A stretch of DNA of 19,695 bases, from contig JAXSMZ010000028.1 of assembly GCA_037924335.1 (NCBI GenBank), forward strand, positions 1 through 19,695. Reading direction: 5' to 3'. Of this stretch, positions 6,725 through 15,794 are shown one piece after another. The translations under genes were made by a program, and so were the position numbers. Numbering within the stretch: position 1 is the first letter of the stretch; each line of letters opens with the position of its first letter. Origin of the DNA: Aquificaceae bacterium (GTDB lineage Bacteria; Aquificota; Aquificia; Aquificales; Aquificaceae). The notes beneath the pieces were generated by a model. That model was not told where the DNA came from and ran no database searches. It saw only the letters and a list, made by a program, of their open reading frames with translations.

Positions 6725-7737
6725 TTGATGAAAAAAAAGTCAAGGAAGAGGTTAGCAAGGAAGTAGTATCAGCAAAGGACATAGGTGAGTTATCTGAGAT
6801 AAAAGCTAAGTATCTTGGGAAGAATGGAATAATAACACTAGCCATAAAGGGAATAAGGGACATTTCCCAAGAAAAAAGGAAAGATTACGGTATAAGGATC
6901 AATCAGCTAAAGGAGTTCGTAGAAAACCTTCTCAAAAGAAAGGAAGATGAGCTAAAGAGCGAAGAGTTTCAAAGGTCCTTAAGAGCAGAATGGGTTGACC
7001 TATCTGTACCTTTGGAGCCAGGCTTGGGAACTCTTCACCCAATAACCCAGACTCTCAGGAGGATAAAAGAGGTCTTTGTCAGTATGGGCTTTTCCGTAGC
7101 TGAGGGCCCAGAGATAGAGTTAGAGAATTACAACTTTGACCTTTTGAACATACCCAAGGAGCATCCAGCAAGGGAAATGCAAGATACTTTCTACGTTAAC
7201 AGAGATGGTTACCTTTTAAGAACCCATACTTCACCAGTGCAGATAAGAGTTATGCTATCTCAATCACCTCCAATTCAGGTCATAGCTGCAGGAAAGGTTT
7301 ACAGGAGGGATGATGACCCTACTCACTCTCCCATGTTTCACCAGGTTGAAGGGCTTGTTGTTAACGATTATGTCAACTTTAAGCATATGAAGTATACCAT
7401 AGAAACCTTTTTGAAGGCTTTCTTTGAAAGGGACATACCCGTTAGGTTCAGAGCCTCTTACTTTCCTTTTACGGAGCCATCTTCAGAGGTGGATATAGGC
7501 TGTGTTATGTGTGATGGGCTTGGGTGTAAGGTTTGCAAAGGTTCTGGATGGCTTGAAGTTATGGGATGCGGAATGGTACATCCTGTTGTGTTAGAAAACT
7601 GTGGAATAGACACGCAGGAATATCAGGGCTTTGCCTTTGGCATGGGTGTGGAGAGGCTCTCCATGCTTTACTTTGGAATAGATAACATAAGGCTCTTTTA
7701 TGAGAACGACCTTAGATTCTTAAGGCAGTTTGGATAG
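6721..7737 (+). CDS. pheS: Phenylalanine--tRNA ligase alpha subunit
   Basis: [40 protein letters not shown] and [11 protein letters not shown]; Cys-rich CVMC..GCKVC insert; ATGA overlap with rplT. Confidence 0.98.
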   Translation: MIDEKKVKEEVSKEVVSAKDIGELSEIKAKYLGKNGIITLAIKGIRDISQEKRKDYGIRINQLKEFVENLLKRKEDELKSEEFQRSLRAEWVDLSVPLEPGLGTLHPITQTLRRIKEVFVSMGFSVAEGPEIELENYNFDLLNIPKEHPAREMQDTFYVNRDGYLLRTHTSPVQIRVMLSQSPPIQVIAAGKVYRRDDDPTHSPMFHQVEGLVVNDYVNFKHMKYTIETFLKAFFERDIPVRFRASYFPFTEPSSEVDIGCVMCDGLGCKVCKGSGWLEVMGCGMVHPVVLENCGIDTQEYQGFAFGMGVERLSMLYFGIDNIRLFYENDLRFLRQFG

Positions 7738-7747
7738 GAGGTTTTTT

Positions 7748-8953
7748 ATGTTCAAAGAGTTTACAAGAGAAGAGATAAAGGCTGTGTTTGGAATAACCTT
7801 TGCTGTTGCTGTTAGAATGCTTGGCCTGTTTCTCCTCTTGCCAGTCCTCTCCCCCTATCTTAAAACTCTCCAATCCTCTACTCCACAGCTCATAGGTCTT
7901 GCCATAGGCATATACGGTTTTGCTCAATCCTTTCTTCAAATACCCTTTGGCTATCTTTCAGACAGGTATGGAAGAAAGCCGATAATTATCTTTGGTATGC
8001 TCACTTATGTGTTAGGTAGTCTTATGGGTGGTCTTGCTAGCAACATATGGAGCATGGTACTGGCTCGTTTTGTACAGGGATTTGGGGCTGTATCTTCTGC
8101 TATGATAGCCTTGGCTGCAGATATTACAAGGGAAGAGGTAAGAACTCGTGCCTTTGCTCATATAGGTGCTTCCATTGGGCTTGTTTTTGCACTGAGCATC
8201 ACGCTTGCACCAGCCATTGCTGGATATATGGGAGTTCCCTTTCTATTTTTCCTAACAGCTATTCTTAGCCTTATTGCAACTTTACACTTGGCTTTCTTTA
8301 TACCAGAACCAAAGGTTCATGCATCAGATAGGGAGATAAAGCCCTCTATAAAGAACTTTTCCATGATCCTAACGGACAGGAACCAAATAATGCTAAACTT
8401 TTCAATAGCCATACTTCATGCCTTCCTTGTCTCTATATTTACCGTATTGCCTTACGAGTTCGTTTACAGCTATGGCTTTCCTAAAATAGAGCACTGGAAG
8501 GTGTACCTGCCCGCCGTAGTTGTGTCTTTGGTGCTCATGGTTCCTTCCACAATAGTTGCAGAGAAAAGGGGAAAGTTTAAGGAAGTTATGCTCCTTGGCA
8601 TATTTTTTATAATGGCTGGTTTTCTTCTACACGACATTGTAAAGGGTCTTTGGGGTGGTATAGCGCTCATCTTCCTCTTTTTTATAGGTTTTAACTTCTT
8701 AGAGCCTATAATACCATCCCTTCTTACAAAGCTTACTCACAAGGACATAAGGGGCCTATCTCTTGGCTTTTTCAACAGCAATCAGTTCTTTGGTGCCTTC
8801 TTGGGTGGTCTTTGGGGTGGATACTCTCTAAAGCACGGTATTGGTTACCTTCTTATCTCCTCAGTTCTTGTCTGTCTTCTGTGGGGAGCTTTAACTTATC
8901 TGTGGTTTAGCTCCATGTCTGTAAAGGAGAGACTAAAGGGTGCTACGCTTTAG
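7748..8953 (+). CDS. MFS transporter (YajR-like)
   Basis: RMLGLFLLLPV, LQIPFGYLSDRYGRKP (motif A), RFVQGFGAV and GFNFLEP; about 12 hydrophobic segments. RBS AGGAGG at 7736-7741 supports ATG 7748. Confidence 0.85.
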   Translation: MFKEFTREEIKAVFGITFAVAVRMLGLFLLLPVLSPYLKTLQSSTPQLIGLAIGIYGFAQSFLQIPFGYLSDRYGRKPIIIFGMLTYVLGSLMGGLASNIWSMVLARFVQGFGAVSSAMIALAADITREEVRTRAFAHIGASIGLVFALSITLAPAIAGYMGVPFLFFLTAILSLIATLHLAFFIPEPKVHASDREIKPSIKNFSMILTDRNQIMLNFSIAILHAFLVSIFTVLPYEFVYSYGFPKIEHWKVYLPAVVVSLVLMVPSTIVAEKRGKFKEVMLLGIFFIMAGFLLHDIVKGLWGGIALIFLFFIGFNFLEPIIPSLLTKLTHKDIRGLSLGFFNSNQFFGAFLGGLWGGYSLKHGIGYLLISSVLVCLLWGALTYLWFSSMSVKERLKGATL

Positions 8954-9301
8954 TTTTCTTTTACAATCTCAGGATGTTTCAAAAATAGCCTATGAGTATT
9001 CACAGACTACGCCCCCTGCAATGTGAATACCGACAGAAACCTGCTTGATGAGCGGTATGAGTGTCTTGGGAGTAAGGCACTGGGGCTGATTAGAAAGGAT
9101 AAATACTTTCGGCCAGTCCTAAACCTGAGGTGTGGATGAATGTCTATAAAAGGGATTTTGTCCATGCTAAGGGATACTCTCTTAAGACTCTCTCAGGAGA
9201 GCGCAGTCAGCACCGCTACTTTGAGAACTTGCCAAAGATGTTGAGTTTGAGACTTATTCCTTTAGGCATATCTATAGCTGAAGACCATCTTCCCATGAAG
9301 A

Positions 9302-9850
9302 TTAAGGCTTTCTCTTTATCTTGAGAGCTTGAGAGCATGGTAATATTTTTAACAAAGCCTCTTTACAATTTTGGCAGAACTCTTTACCTTTTGCATCCAC
9401 ATCCCATATAGAGAGGGAAAAGCTCATGACGCATTTTTTATTTTTGCAGTGGTCAAGCCCAAAAGTGTGTCCAAGCTCGTGGTTCACCTCCTTGAAGGTT
9501 CTCTCAAAAAAAAGGAGTTCATCGTGAGACCTTAGCCTAAAGAGACTCACCAGAGCAACCCTACCTTCAAGCTGAGAAAAACCAAAGACAAAGTTAAGGT
9601 CGTCCTCATATATATCAAAACTCAAAAGGGCTATAAGTTTTAAAAGGTTGGGAAGCCTAATCTCCGTTAGGTATTTGAGCACCTCTCCAGCCTTGTACTG
9701 ACCCCTTTCTGGGTTGTAAGCCTTTCTTATCGGTATGGGGACAGAGGATATTCTCACATCAAAACCAAAGGTCTCTTTTATGTTCTTGGCAGTTGCAAGA
9801 ATGAGCCTACTTTCTATTTCTCCAAAGCTTACAAGATATATGAACATCAA
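9302..9850 (-). CDS. Archaemetzincin-family zinc metalloprotease (M54)
   Basis: HELGHTFGLDHC..CVM...FCQNC (HEXXHXXGXXHC, Met-turn and Cys cluster), with YNPERGQY and NFVFG. Confidence 0.9.
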   Translation of the reverse strand: MMFIYLVSFGEIESRLILATAKNIKETFGFDVRISSVPIPIRKAYNPERGQYKAGEVLKYLTEIRLPNLLKLIALLSFDIYEDDLNFVFGFSQLEGRVALVSLFRLRSHDELLFFERTFKEVNHELGHTFGLDHCKNKKCVMSFSLSIWDVDAKGKEFCQNCKEALLKILPCSQALKIKRKP

Positions 9851-11220
9851 ATTCCTTCTTCCCTTTTAGCAGTCTCTATCTGCCTGAGTATCTCCTCCTT
9901 TGCTGTTCCACCGTAAGTCTTTTTTCTGTCTGCAACTACCTTTGAGCTAAGAAGGGAAAGGGCAGACTCATCAAAAAGCTCAGAGATGTTTTTGAGCTCA
10001 TCAAGGCTTACTTCCTCAAGCCTTTTTCCTTGAGACAAAAGGTAAGATACAAGCTTACCAACTGTGCTGTGGGCTTTCCTGAAAGGAACCCCCTTCATTA
10101 CAAGATAATTGGCAAGGTCTGTGACTAACGTAAAGTTCCCAGAGGATGATGCCATTCTTTGAGCCTTTATCTCCATACCCTCAAGGGCAAGCTTCATGGC
10201 TTGCAAACAGGCCTTTAGAGTATCTATGCTATCAAAGAGCGGTTCTTTGTCCTCTTGAAGGTCCCTGTTGTAAGCCAAGGGAAGGTTTTTCATAGTGGTC
10301 AAAAGGCTAACAAGATTGCCATAAACCCTGCCAGTTTTACCCCTTATGAGCTCAAGGATGTCTGGGTTCTTCTTCTGTGGCATTATGGAGCTTCCTGTAC
10401 ACAGTCTGTCTGGAAGCTCAACAAAACCAAACTCTTCAGTAGACCAGAGGATAAGGTCTTCAGAGATCCTTGACAGATGCATGCTTATCACAGAAAGAGA
10501 ATATAGAAGGTCAAGTATAAAATCTCTCTCAGACGTTGCGTACATAGAGTTTCTAACAACGGACCTAAATCTGAGCTCCCTTGCTGTAAAAAACCTGTCT
10601 AAGGGGAAATCTACACCAGCAACAGCTCCACAGCCAAGGGGTAATGAGTCTGCATTCCTGTATGCACACATAAGCCTTGATTCATCTCCCAAAAACATCT
10701 CCCTGTATGCTAAGAAGTAATGGGCTAACCTTATGGGCTGAGCTCTCTGGAGATGTGTGTAAGCTGGAATGACAACCTCCACGGATTTTTCCGCAAGCTT
10801 TACCAAAACCCTTCGCAGGTCTCTAAGGTAATTCACTACATTCCTTATTTCCTTTTTTATGTAAAGCCTCTCATCAGTTGCAACCTGGTCGTTTCTTGAC
10901 CTACCTGTATGCAATTTCCCACCGAGTTCACCTATTCTTCTGATGAGCTCAGCTTCTATGTTCATATGAACATCTTCCAACTCCTCTTTGAAGAGAACCT
11001 TCCCCTCCTTTAGGTCTCTTTTTATGCTCTCAAGTGCTGAAAGGATCTGAGAAGATTCATCCTCCGTCAGAACACCAGCCCTTAGGAGTGTTTTGACATG
11101 GGCTATGCTTTGCTCTATATCTTCCTCTGCAAGCCTTTTGTCAAAGCTGACCGATTGGGTAAACTCCTCTACAAACTCCAGCGTTTTCTCTTTAAATCTT
11201 CCTTCCCAAGGTTTTTGCAT
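9847..11220 (-). CDS. argH: Argininosuccinate lyase
   Basis: WEGRF, EDVHMNIE, KLHTGRSRNDQVATD, YTHLQRAQP, signature GSSIMPQKKNPD and YNRDLQEDKE. The start is ATG 11220 (or TTG 11223). Confidence 0.98.
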   Translation of the reverse strand: MQKPWEGRFKEKTLEFVEEFTQSVSFDKRLAEEDIEQSIAHVKTLLRAGVLTEDESSQILSALESIKRDLKEGKVLFKEELEDVHMNIEAELIRRIGELGGKLHTGRSRNDQVATDERLYIKKEIRNVVNYLRDLRRVLVKLAEKSVEVVIPAYTHLQRAQPIRLAHYFLAYREMFLGDESRLMCAYRNADSLPLGCGAVAGVDFPLDRFFTARELRFRSVVRNSMYATSERDFILDLLYSLSVISMHLSRISEDLILWSTEEFGFVELPDRLCTGSSIMPQKKNPDILELIRGKTGRVYGNLVSLLTTMKNLPLAYNRDLQEDKEPLFDSIDTLKACLQAMKLALEGMEIKAQRMASSSGNFTLVTDLANYLVMKGVPFRKAHSTVGKLVSYLLSQGKRLEEVSLDELKNISELFDESALSLLSSKVVADRKKTYGGTAKEEILRQIETAKREEGI

Positions 11221-11241
11221 CAATTTATAATTTTACATTAC

Positions 11242-13068
11242 ATGCCTGCAAAAATAGAAAAGGAAATAAAAGATGCCATAAGGGCTATGGGGGCAGTGTT
11301 TGGAGATATTGGAACAAGCCCCCTGTACGCACTGACGGTTGTACTGCTCTTAACAAAACCAGAGAAACACCAGATGATAGGGATAGCCTCCTTGATGGTC
11401 TGGACTCTCATAATCTTAGCTACAGTTCAGTATGCATGGTTTGCTATGAACCTGAGCATAAAGGGGGAGGGTGGTACGGTAGTCTTGGGAGAGATAGCCA
11501 AGTCTCTCACAAAGAATCAAAAATTCAGGAGGCTTTATAGGGCTTTGGTGCTTTTAGGTCTCAGTTTCCTTATGGGGGATGGTGTAATAACACCAGCCAT
11601 AACCATCCTAAGCTCTTCTGAGGGGATAAGGCTCATCCCTGGTTTTGAGAGAATGCCCCAATCTGAGGTCATGCTGATAGCTATCATCATAACAATAGCC
11701 CTTTTCTCCATTCAGAGCAAAGGGGTGGGAAGGATAGGGGACTACTTTGGACCCATCATGCTTTTTTGGTTTACTTCTATAGGGTTTATTGGTCTTTACT
11801 ATGTTGCTCATCTGCCACAGGTTGTCAAAGCTTTGAGCCCTCATTACGCATTGGAATTTTTGCTTTCAGACCCACTAAGGGGGTTTGTAGCTCTGTCAGA
11901 AGTCATACTTGTGGCTACAGGTGGGGAGGCTCTTTATGCAGACATGGGGCACCTTGGGAGAGTTTCCATAAGAAGGGCATGGGTTTTTGTATTTTCTATG
12001 CTAGTTTTAAACTACTTGGGACAAGCATCCTTTGTTATTATGAGTTCTAAACAACCGAAGCAATCCATATTTTACGAATCAGCAAAAGCTCTGCTTGGAG
12101 ATGCGCTTTATATACCTTTTCTCTTGCTAGTCATCTTAGCTGGTGTTATAGCATCTCAGGCCCTTATAAGCGGTGTTTTTTCCATAGTTTTTCAGGCGAT
12201 AAACACAAGAATATCACCCCTCTTTAACGTGAAACACACATCTACAGAGATAAGTACTCAAATATATATACCGGCAGTCAACTGGGCTCTTATGATTGGC
12301 GTTATCCTTATGTATTTAAACTTTAAAACGTCCGATAATATGGCAGCAGCTTACGGCTTTGCTGTTATCATGACAATGAGCATAACTGGATTCTATCTTA
12401 TGGTTATATACTTTGCAAGGAAAGAGTACTTTTACTTTTTAGGTTCTGTATTTTTATTCTTCGTAGATATACTTTTTTTACTGTCCAGCAGCACAAAAAT
12501 ACCGCATGGTGCTTATTGGTCCGTTCTGTTTGCTATGGTCCCCCTATCTGTCATGTCTCTTTACATAAAAGGACAGGAAAAGCTCTACAAAAAGATGAAG
12601 TTCAAACCGTTTAAGGAGTTTGTTTTGGAATTTGAAAAGCTTTACAGAGAAAGGTCAAAGATAGAAGGAACTGCCATATTTTTAGTAAGGGACCTAAAGG
12701 CTATCCCTCCTTATGTAACTCAGACCATGTTCAATCATGGCATACTTTACGAGGACAATGTGTTTCTTTCTCTTATAAAGAAGGATGAGCCCTTTGGCAC
12801 GGAGACCTTTCTGAAAGGAAGTATAGCGGAAGGTCTAAGGCTTGTTGAGATAAGGTACGGATACATGGAGGTGCTGGACATAGACAAGGAGCTTTCAAGC
12901 GTTGGTATAAGTGAAAGGGCTATCTTTTACGGCGTCGAATATATATACACTAACAAGCTCCTATGGAAGTTCTTTGGTTGGATAAAGCGTTCCACTCCAA
13001 GCTTTGTAGAGTTTTACAGATTTCCCTATGGAAAGCTACACGGTGTAGCGGTGAGAGTTGAGTTTTAG
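11242..13068 (+). CDS. kup: KUP/HAK/KT family potassium transporter
   Basis: GAVFGDIGTSPLY, GEGGT, GDGVITPAITILS, TGGEALYADMGH, QIYIPAVNW and AAAYG. Start moved to ATG 11242 to avoid overlapping argH. Confidence 0.95.
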   Translation: MPAKIEKEIKDAIRAMGAVFGDIGTSPLYALTVVLLLTKPEKHQMIGIASLMVWTLIILATVQYAWFAMNLSIKGEGGTVVLGEIAKSLTKNQKFRRLYRALVLLGLSFLMGDGVITPAITILSSSEGIRLIPGFERMPQSEVMLIAIIITIALFSIQSKGVGRIGDYFGPIMLFWFTSIGFIGLYYVAHLPQVVKALSPHYALEFLLSDPLRGFVALSEVILVATGGEALYADMGHLGRVSIRRAWVFVFSMLVLNYLGQASFVIMSSKQPKQSIFYESAKALLGDALYIPFLLLVILAGVIASQALISGVFSIVFQAINTRISPLFNVKHTSTEISTQIYIPAVNWALMIGVILMYLNFKTSDNMAAAYGFAVIMTMSITGFYLMVIYFARKEYFYFLGSVFLFFVDILFLLSSSTKIPHGAYWSVLFAMVPLSVMSLYIKGQEKLYKKMKFKPFKEFVLEFEKLYRERSKIEGTAIFLVRDLKAIPPYVTQTMFNHGILYEDNVFLSLIKKDEPFGTETFLKGSIAEGLRLVEIRYGYMEVLDIDKELSSVGISERAIFYGVEYIYTNKLLWKFFGWIKRSTPSFVEFYRFPYGKLHGVAVRVEF

Positions 13069-13087
13069 GTCAGATTTTTGCTAAAAT
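13058..13087 (+). promoter_or_regulatory. Putative sigma70 promoter giving a leaderless transcript for the foldase-GT-deacetylase operon
   Basis: TTGAGT (13058-13063), an 18-nt spacer and TAAAAT (13082-13087) with extended TG at 13079-13080. ATG follows 6 nt later with no SD sequence. Confidence 0.5.
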
Positions 13088-13093
13088 GATAAC

Positions 13094-13927
13094 ATGAAAA
13101 GGATTTTATCATTCCTATTAACACTCCTCTCCCTCTCCTATGCAAGCACTGTAGCAAGAATAAACGATGAGAGGATAACAAAGGAAGAGGTTATGCAGGC
13201 TTTTAATGCTTACTGGAGGGAGATCCTCCACCTTCCTATAAATAAAACTACCAAAAAGGACCTTCAGGAGTTTCTCGTTGATTACGTGAGAAACAGAATA
13301 ATCGAAAAAGAAGCGAAAAAAATGGGGATAAGAATAACTGAAGGAGAGCTTGAAGAATACGTATCAAGAAATATAGGCAGTACAAGTTTAAGTTCAGTGG
13401 TTAAGAATTTTGTAAAGGTAGAGGTAATTGTAAACAAGATAGTAGATAAGATAGCTAAAGACTTGAGCATAACAGACAGAGAAATAACAGCGTACTACTA
13501 CCTGAACTTAAGAGACTTTAAACTACCCTCACAGGTTCTAGTTGACAGATTTGTAGCTTATGACTTGGATACTGCCAACGAGGTCTACTATAGACTATCA
13601 AATGGAAAGGATAACCTTCAGGGCTTGAAGGATGTAAAGACGGGAACTCCCATGTGGTATTCTTTGCAGACACTCCCAGATGTTGTAAAGCAGCAACTTT
13701 ATCCCTACGACGTTGGAAAGGTTTCCAGACCCATAAGCATTCCTGGGGGAGGGTATATGATACTGAAGGTTACAGACAAAAGCGGTGGTGGTATACTTCC
13801 CCTTGAGGAGGCAAAACCTTTGGTTAGGGAAAAGCTCATGAAGGAAAAAAGACAGGAGGTATTCAAGCAATGGTTTCAGGAGGTCTCAAAAGATTATCGT
13901 GTGGAGTTTTACTTTGGGCAGCTTTAA
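13094..13927 (+). CDS. Exported SurA-N/parvulin (PpiC-type) foldase-like protein
   Basis: Signal peptide, VARINDERIT, ITDREITAYY, rotamase-like VGKVSRPI..GYMILKV and LEEAKPLVREKL. Confidence 0.8.
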   Translation: MKRILSFLLTLLSLSYASTVARINDERITKEEVMQAFNAYWREILHLPINKTTKKDLQEFLVDYVRNRIIEKEAKKMGIRITEGELEEYVSRNIGSTSLSSVVKNFVKVEVIVNKIVDKIAKDLSITDREITAYYYLNLRDFKLPSQVLVDRFVAYDLDTANEVYYRLSNGKDNLQGLKDVKTGTPMWYSLQTLPDVVKQQLYPYDVGKVSRPISIPGGGYMILKVTDKSGGGILPLEEAKPLVREKLMKEKRQEVFKQWFQEVSKDYRVEFYFGQL

Positions 13928-14718
13928 GCTTATCAACCTTTGCCTATGTGCTTGTTGATAGGGTTGTTGCTTCTGTAAATGGGGAGGCCATTCTGGAGAG
14001 TGATGTCAAGCTTGGTATGCTCTTTTACGGAGTTCAGAATAGGCGTGATATTATAAACAAACTTGTGGATGTTTACATCCTTGCACAGTTTTTAGAGGGC
14101 AAAGGTGGGGGAGTACAGGATGAGTACATAAACTCAGTCCTTTTGGACATAGCAAAGACTAACGGAACTGACCTGGATGGTTTGTCAAAGGAACTAAGCA
14201 AGGAAGACCTGACTCTTGAAGACCTAAAGAGATTTTTGAGAAAAGAGTTGCTTGCAAAGCAAGGGTTAGATGCTTATCTTTCAAGGGAAATAAAAGTGTC
14301 GGACGTTGACTTAGAAATTGAAAAGCTTAAAAAGGGAGAGATTAAACTACAAAGGGAGATTGAACTTTTAACTGTAGATAAGAAGGAAGGAGAAAAGGTT
14401 TTGAGGCTTATTGGCAAGAGGGAAAAACTATCGGATATGGCAGAGGCTTTGGGTGTACCGATAGAAACCTTAAAAGTGGAGAGGGGGGACTTGGTAGAAC
14501 CATTGGACAAGGAAGTTTGGAGAGCAGGCGTCGGCGATACCGTTTTTGCCGAGGATAAGGATAACATATACATAGCTTACATCAAAGATCAAAGAGATGT
14601 CTACCATGGAAAGTCAATAGAGGAACTTAAAAAAGAGGTACTTGCAAAAAAAATTGAAGAAAGAAGGGAAGAGCTTCTAAGAGATCTCAAGAGAAAAAGC
14701 ATTATAAAAATACTATAA
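13870..14718 (+). CDS. SurA N-terminal domain-containing periplasmic chaperone-like protein
   Basis: Signal-like N-terminus, then VDRVVASVNGEAILESDV (SurA N-terminal motif) and a C-terminal LRDLKRKSIIKIL. The exact start is uncertain. Confidence 0.75.
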   Translation: MVSGGLKRLSCGVLLWAALSLSTFAYVLVDRVVASVNGEAILESDVKLGMLFYGVQNRRDIINKLVDVYILAQFLEGKGGGVQDEYINSVLLDIAKTNGTDLDGLSKELSKEDLTLEDLKRFLRKELLAKQGLDAYLSREIKVSDVDLEIEKLKKGEIKLQREIELLTVDKKEGEKVLRLIGKREKLSDMAEALGVPIETLKVERGDLVEPLDKEVWRAGVGDTVFAEDKDNIYIAYIKDQRDVYHGKSIEELKKEVLAKKIEERREELLRDLKRKSIIKIL

Positions 14719-15794
14719 TGCGTCTTCTTTCAGTTGTAGACGGTGTAGGCTGGGGTGGAACAAAAGAACAGGCTTATCTTCTTGCACGTGAACTTTCAAA
14801 GAAAGGCATTCAAACCCATATGGCTTTATCCTTCCAGTACAGAAGAATGGTTGAGAGATTAGAACCTTACGGTGTGAAATTTCACTTCTTTGAAAACTAT
14901 AACAGGTTTTCACGTTTTAATCCCATAAATTACTATAGACTCTGGAGGATAATAGACGGTGGTAAATTTGACGTGGTTCTTGCCAATTCACCCCATACCC
15001 TTGATTTTCTGAGGGTTGTTTTCCAATTCCTAAAGAAGAGACCAAAGCTAATAGCGGTCAAAAGGTCTGCAAGGGTGCCAAACCCTTTGTCCTTAAAGTT
15101 TAAGTATGCTTATGCGGATATGGTGGTTTCAGTATCGGAGAGTGTGAAGGAAGGTCTTACAAAAGCTGGTTTCCCCCATGAAAAGATAAGCGTTATACAG
15201 AGCGGTATAGATACAGATAGGTTTAAACCCAATCCATCCATAAGACAAAAGAAGAGGCTCGAGCTGGGTATATCCCATCAAGCAAAGGTATTTATAAACG
15301 TTGCCAACTGGAACCCATCAGTGAAAGGACAGGATAGACTTATAGAAACCTTCTTGAAATTAAGATGCGAGGGTTGTCTCTTGCTACTCGTAGGCATAGA
15401 CACTCAAAAACACTCCTTAAAAGAGAGGGGTGTGGTCGGGCTTGGTTTCAGGGAGGATGTGGATGAGCTTCTCAATGCTTCTGATTTTTTTGTCCTATCC
15501 TCTTACCTTGAAGGAATATCGAATGCCCTTTTGCAAGCCATGGCATGCGGCCTTGTTGTTATATCCACATCTGCTGGTGGTATAAGAGAGTTCCTAATGG
15601 ATGGATACAACGGATTTACGGTAGAAGTAGGCGATTTTGAAGAGTTTCTAAAGAAGATGGAAAAGGCACTGGATCTCTCTTACGAGGAGCGTAAAGTCCT
15701 ATCAGAAAGAGCTATAGAAACAGCCATGAACTATTCAATAGAAAATACGGCTAAAGAATACATAAAGCTCTTTCAGGAGCTCCTGAAATGTTAG
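14718..15794 (+). CDS. Glycosyltransferase family 4 (GT-B, RfaB-like)
   Basis: WGGTKEQ, VIQSGIDTDRF, KGQ, GFREDV and SDFFVLSSYLEGISNALLQAMACG; TAATG overlap with the upstream gene. Confidence 0.9.
   Translation: MRLLSVVDGVGWGGTKEQAYLLARELSKKGIQTHMALSFQYRRMVERLEPYGVKFHFFENYNRFSRFNPINYYRLWRIIDGGKFDVVLANSPHTLDFLRVVFQFLKKRPKLIAVKRSARVPNPLSLKFKYAYADMVVSVSESVKEGLTKAGFPHEKISVIQSGIDTDRFKPNPSIRQKKRLELGISHQAKVFINVANWNPSVKGQDRLIETFLKLRCEGCLLLLVGIDTQKHSLKERGVVGLGFREDVDELLNASDFFVLSSYLEGISNALLQAMACGLVVISTSAGGIREFLMDGYNGFTVEVGDFEEFLKKMEKALDLSYEERKVLSERAIETAMNYSIENTAKEYIKLFQELLKC

Noticed and set aside
9130..9324. 64-aa plus-strand ORF as an intact gene
   Set aside because: It has a GTG start, overlaps the protease 3' end and shows no confident family match; it is treated only as a possible remnant in the findings.
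11098..11241. 48-aa N-terminal extension of Kup in the ORF track
   Set aside because: It overlaps the argH coding start on the opposite strand, and Kup similarity begins after ATG 11242.
13035..13049. Perfect palindrome GCTACAC-G-GTGTAGC just upstream of the putative -35 at 13058
   Set aside because: It is inside the kup coding sequence, has a 1-nt loop and no U-tract, and could arise by chance; there is no independent support as an operator or terminator.
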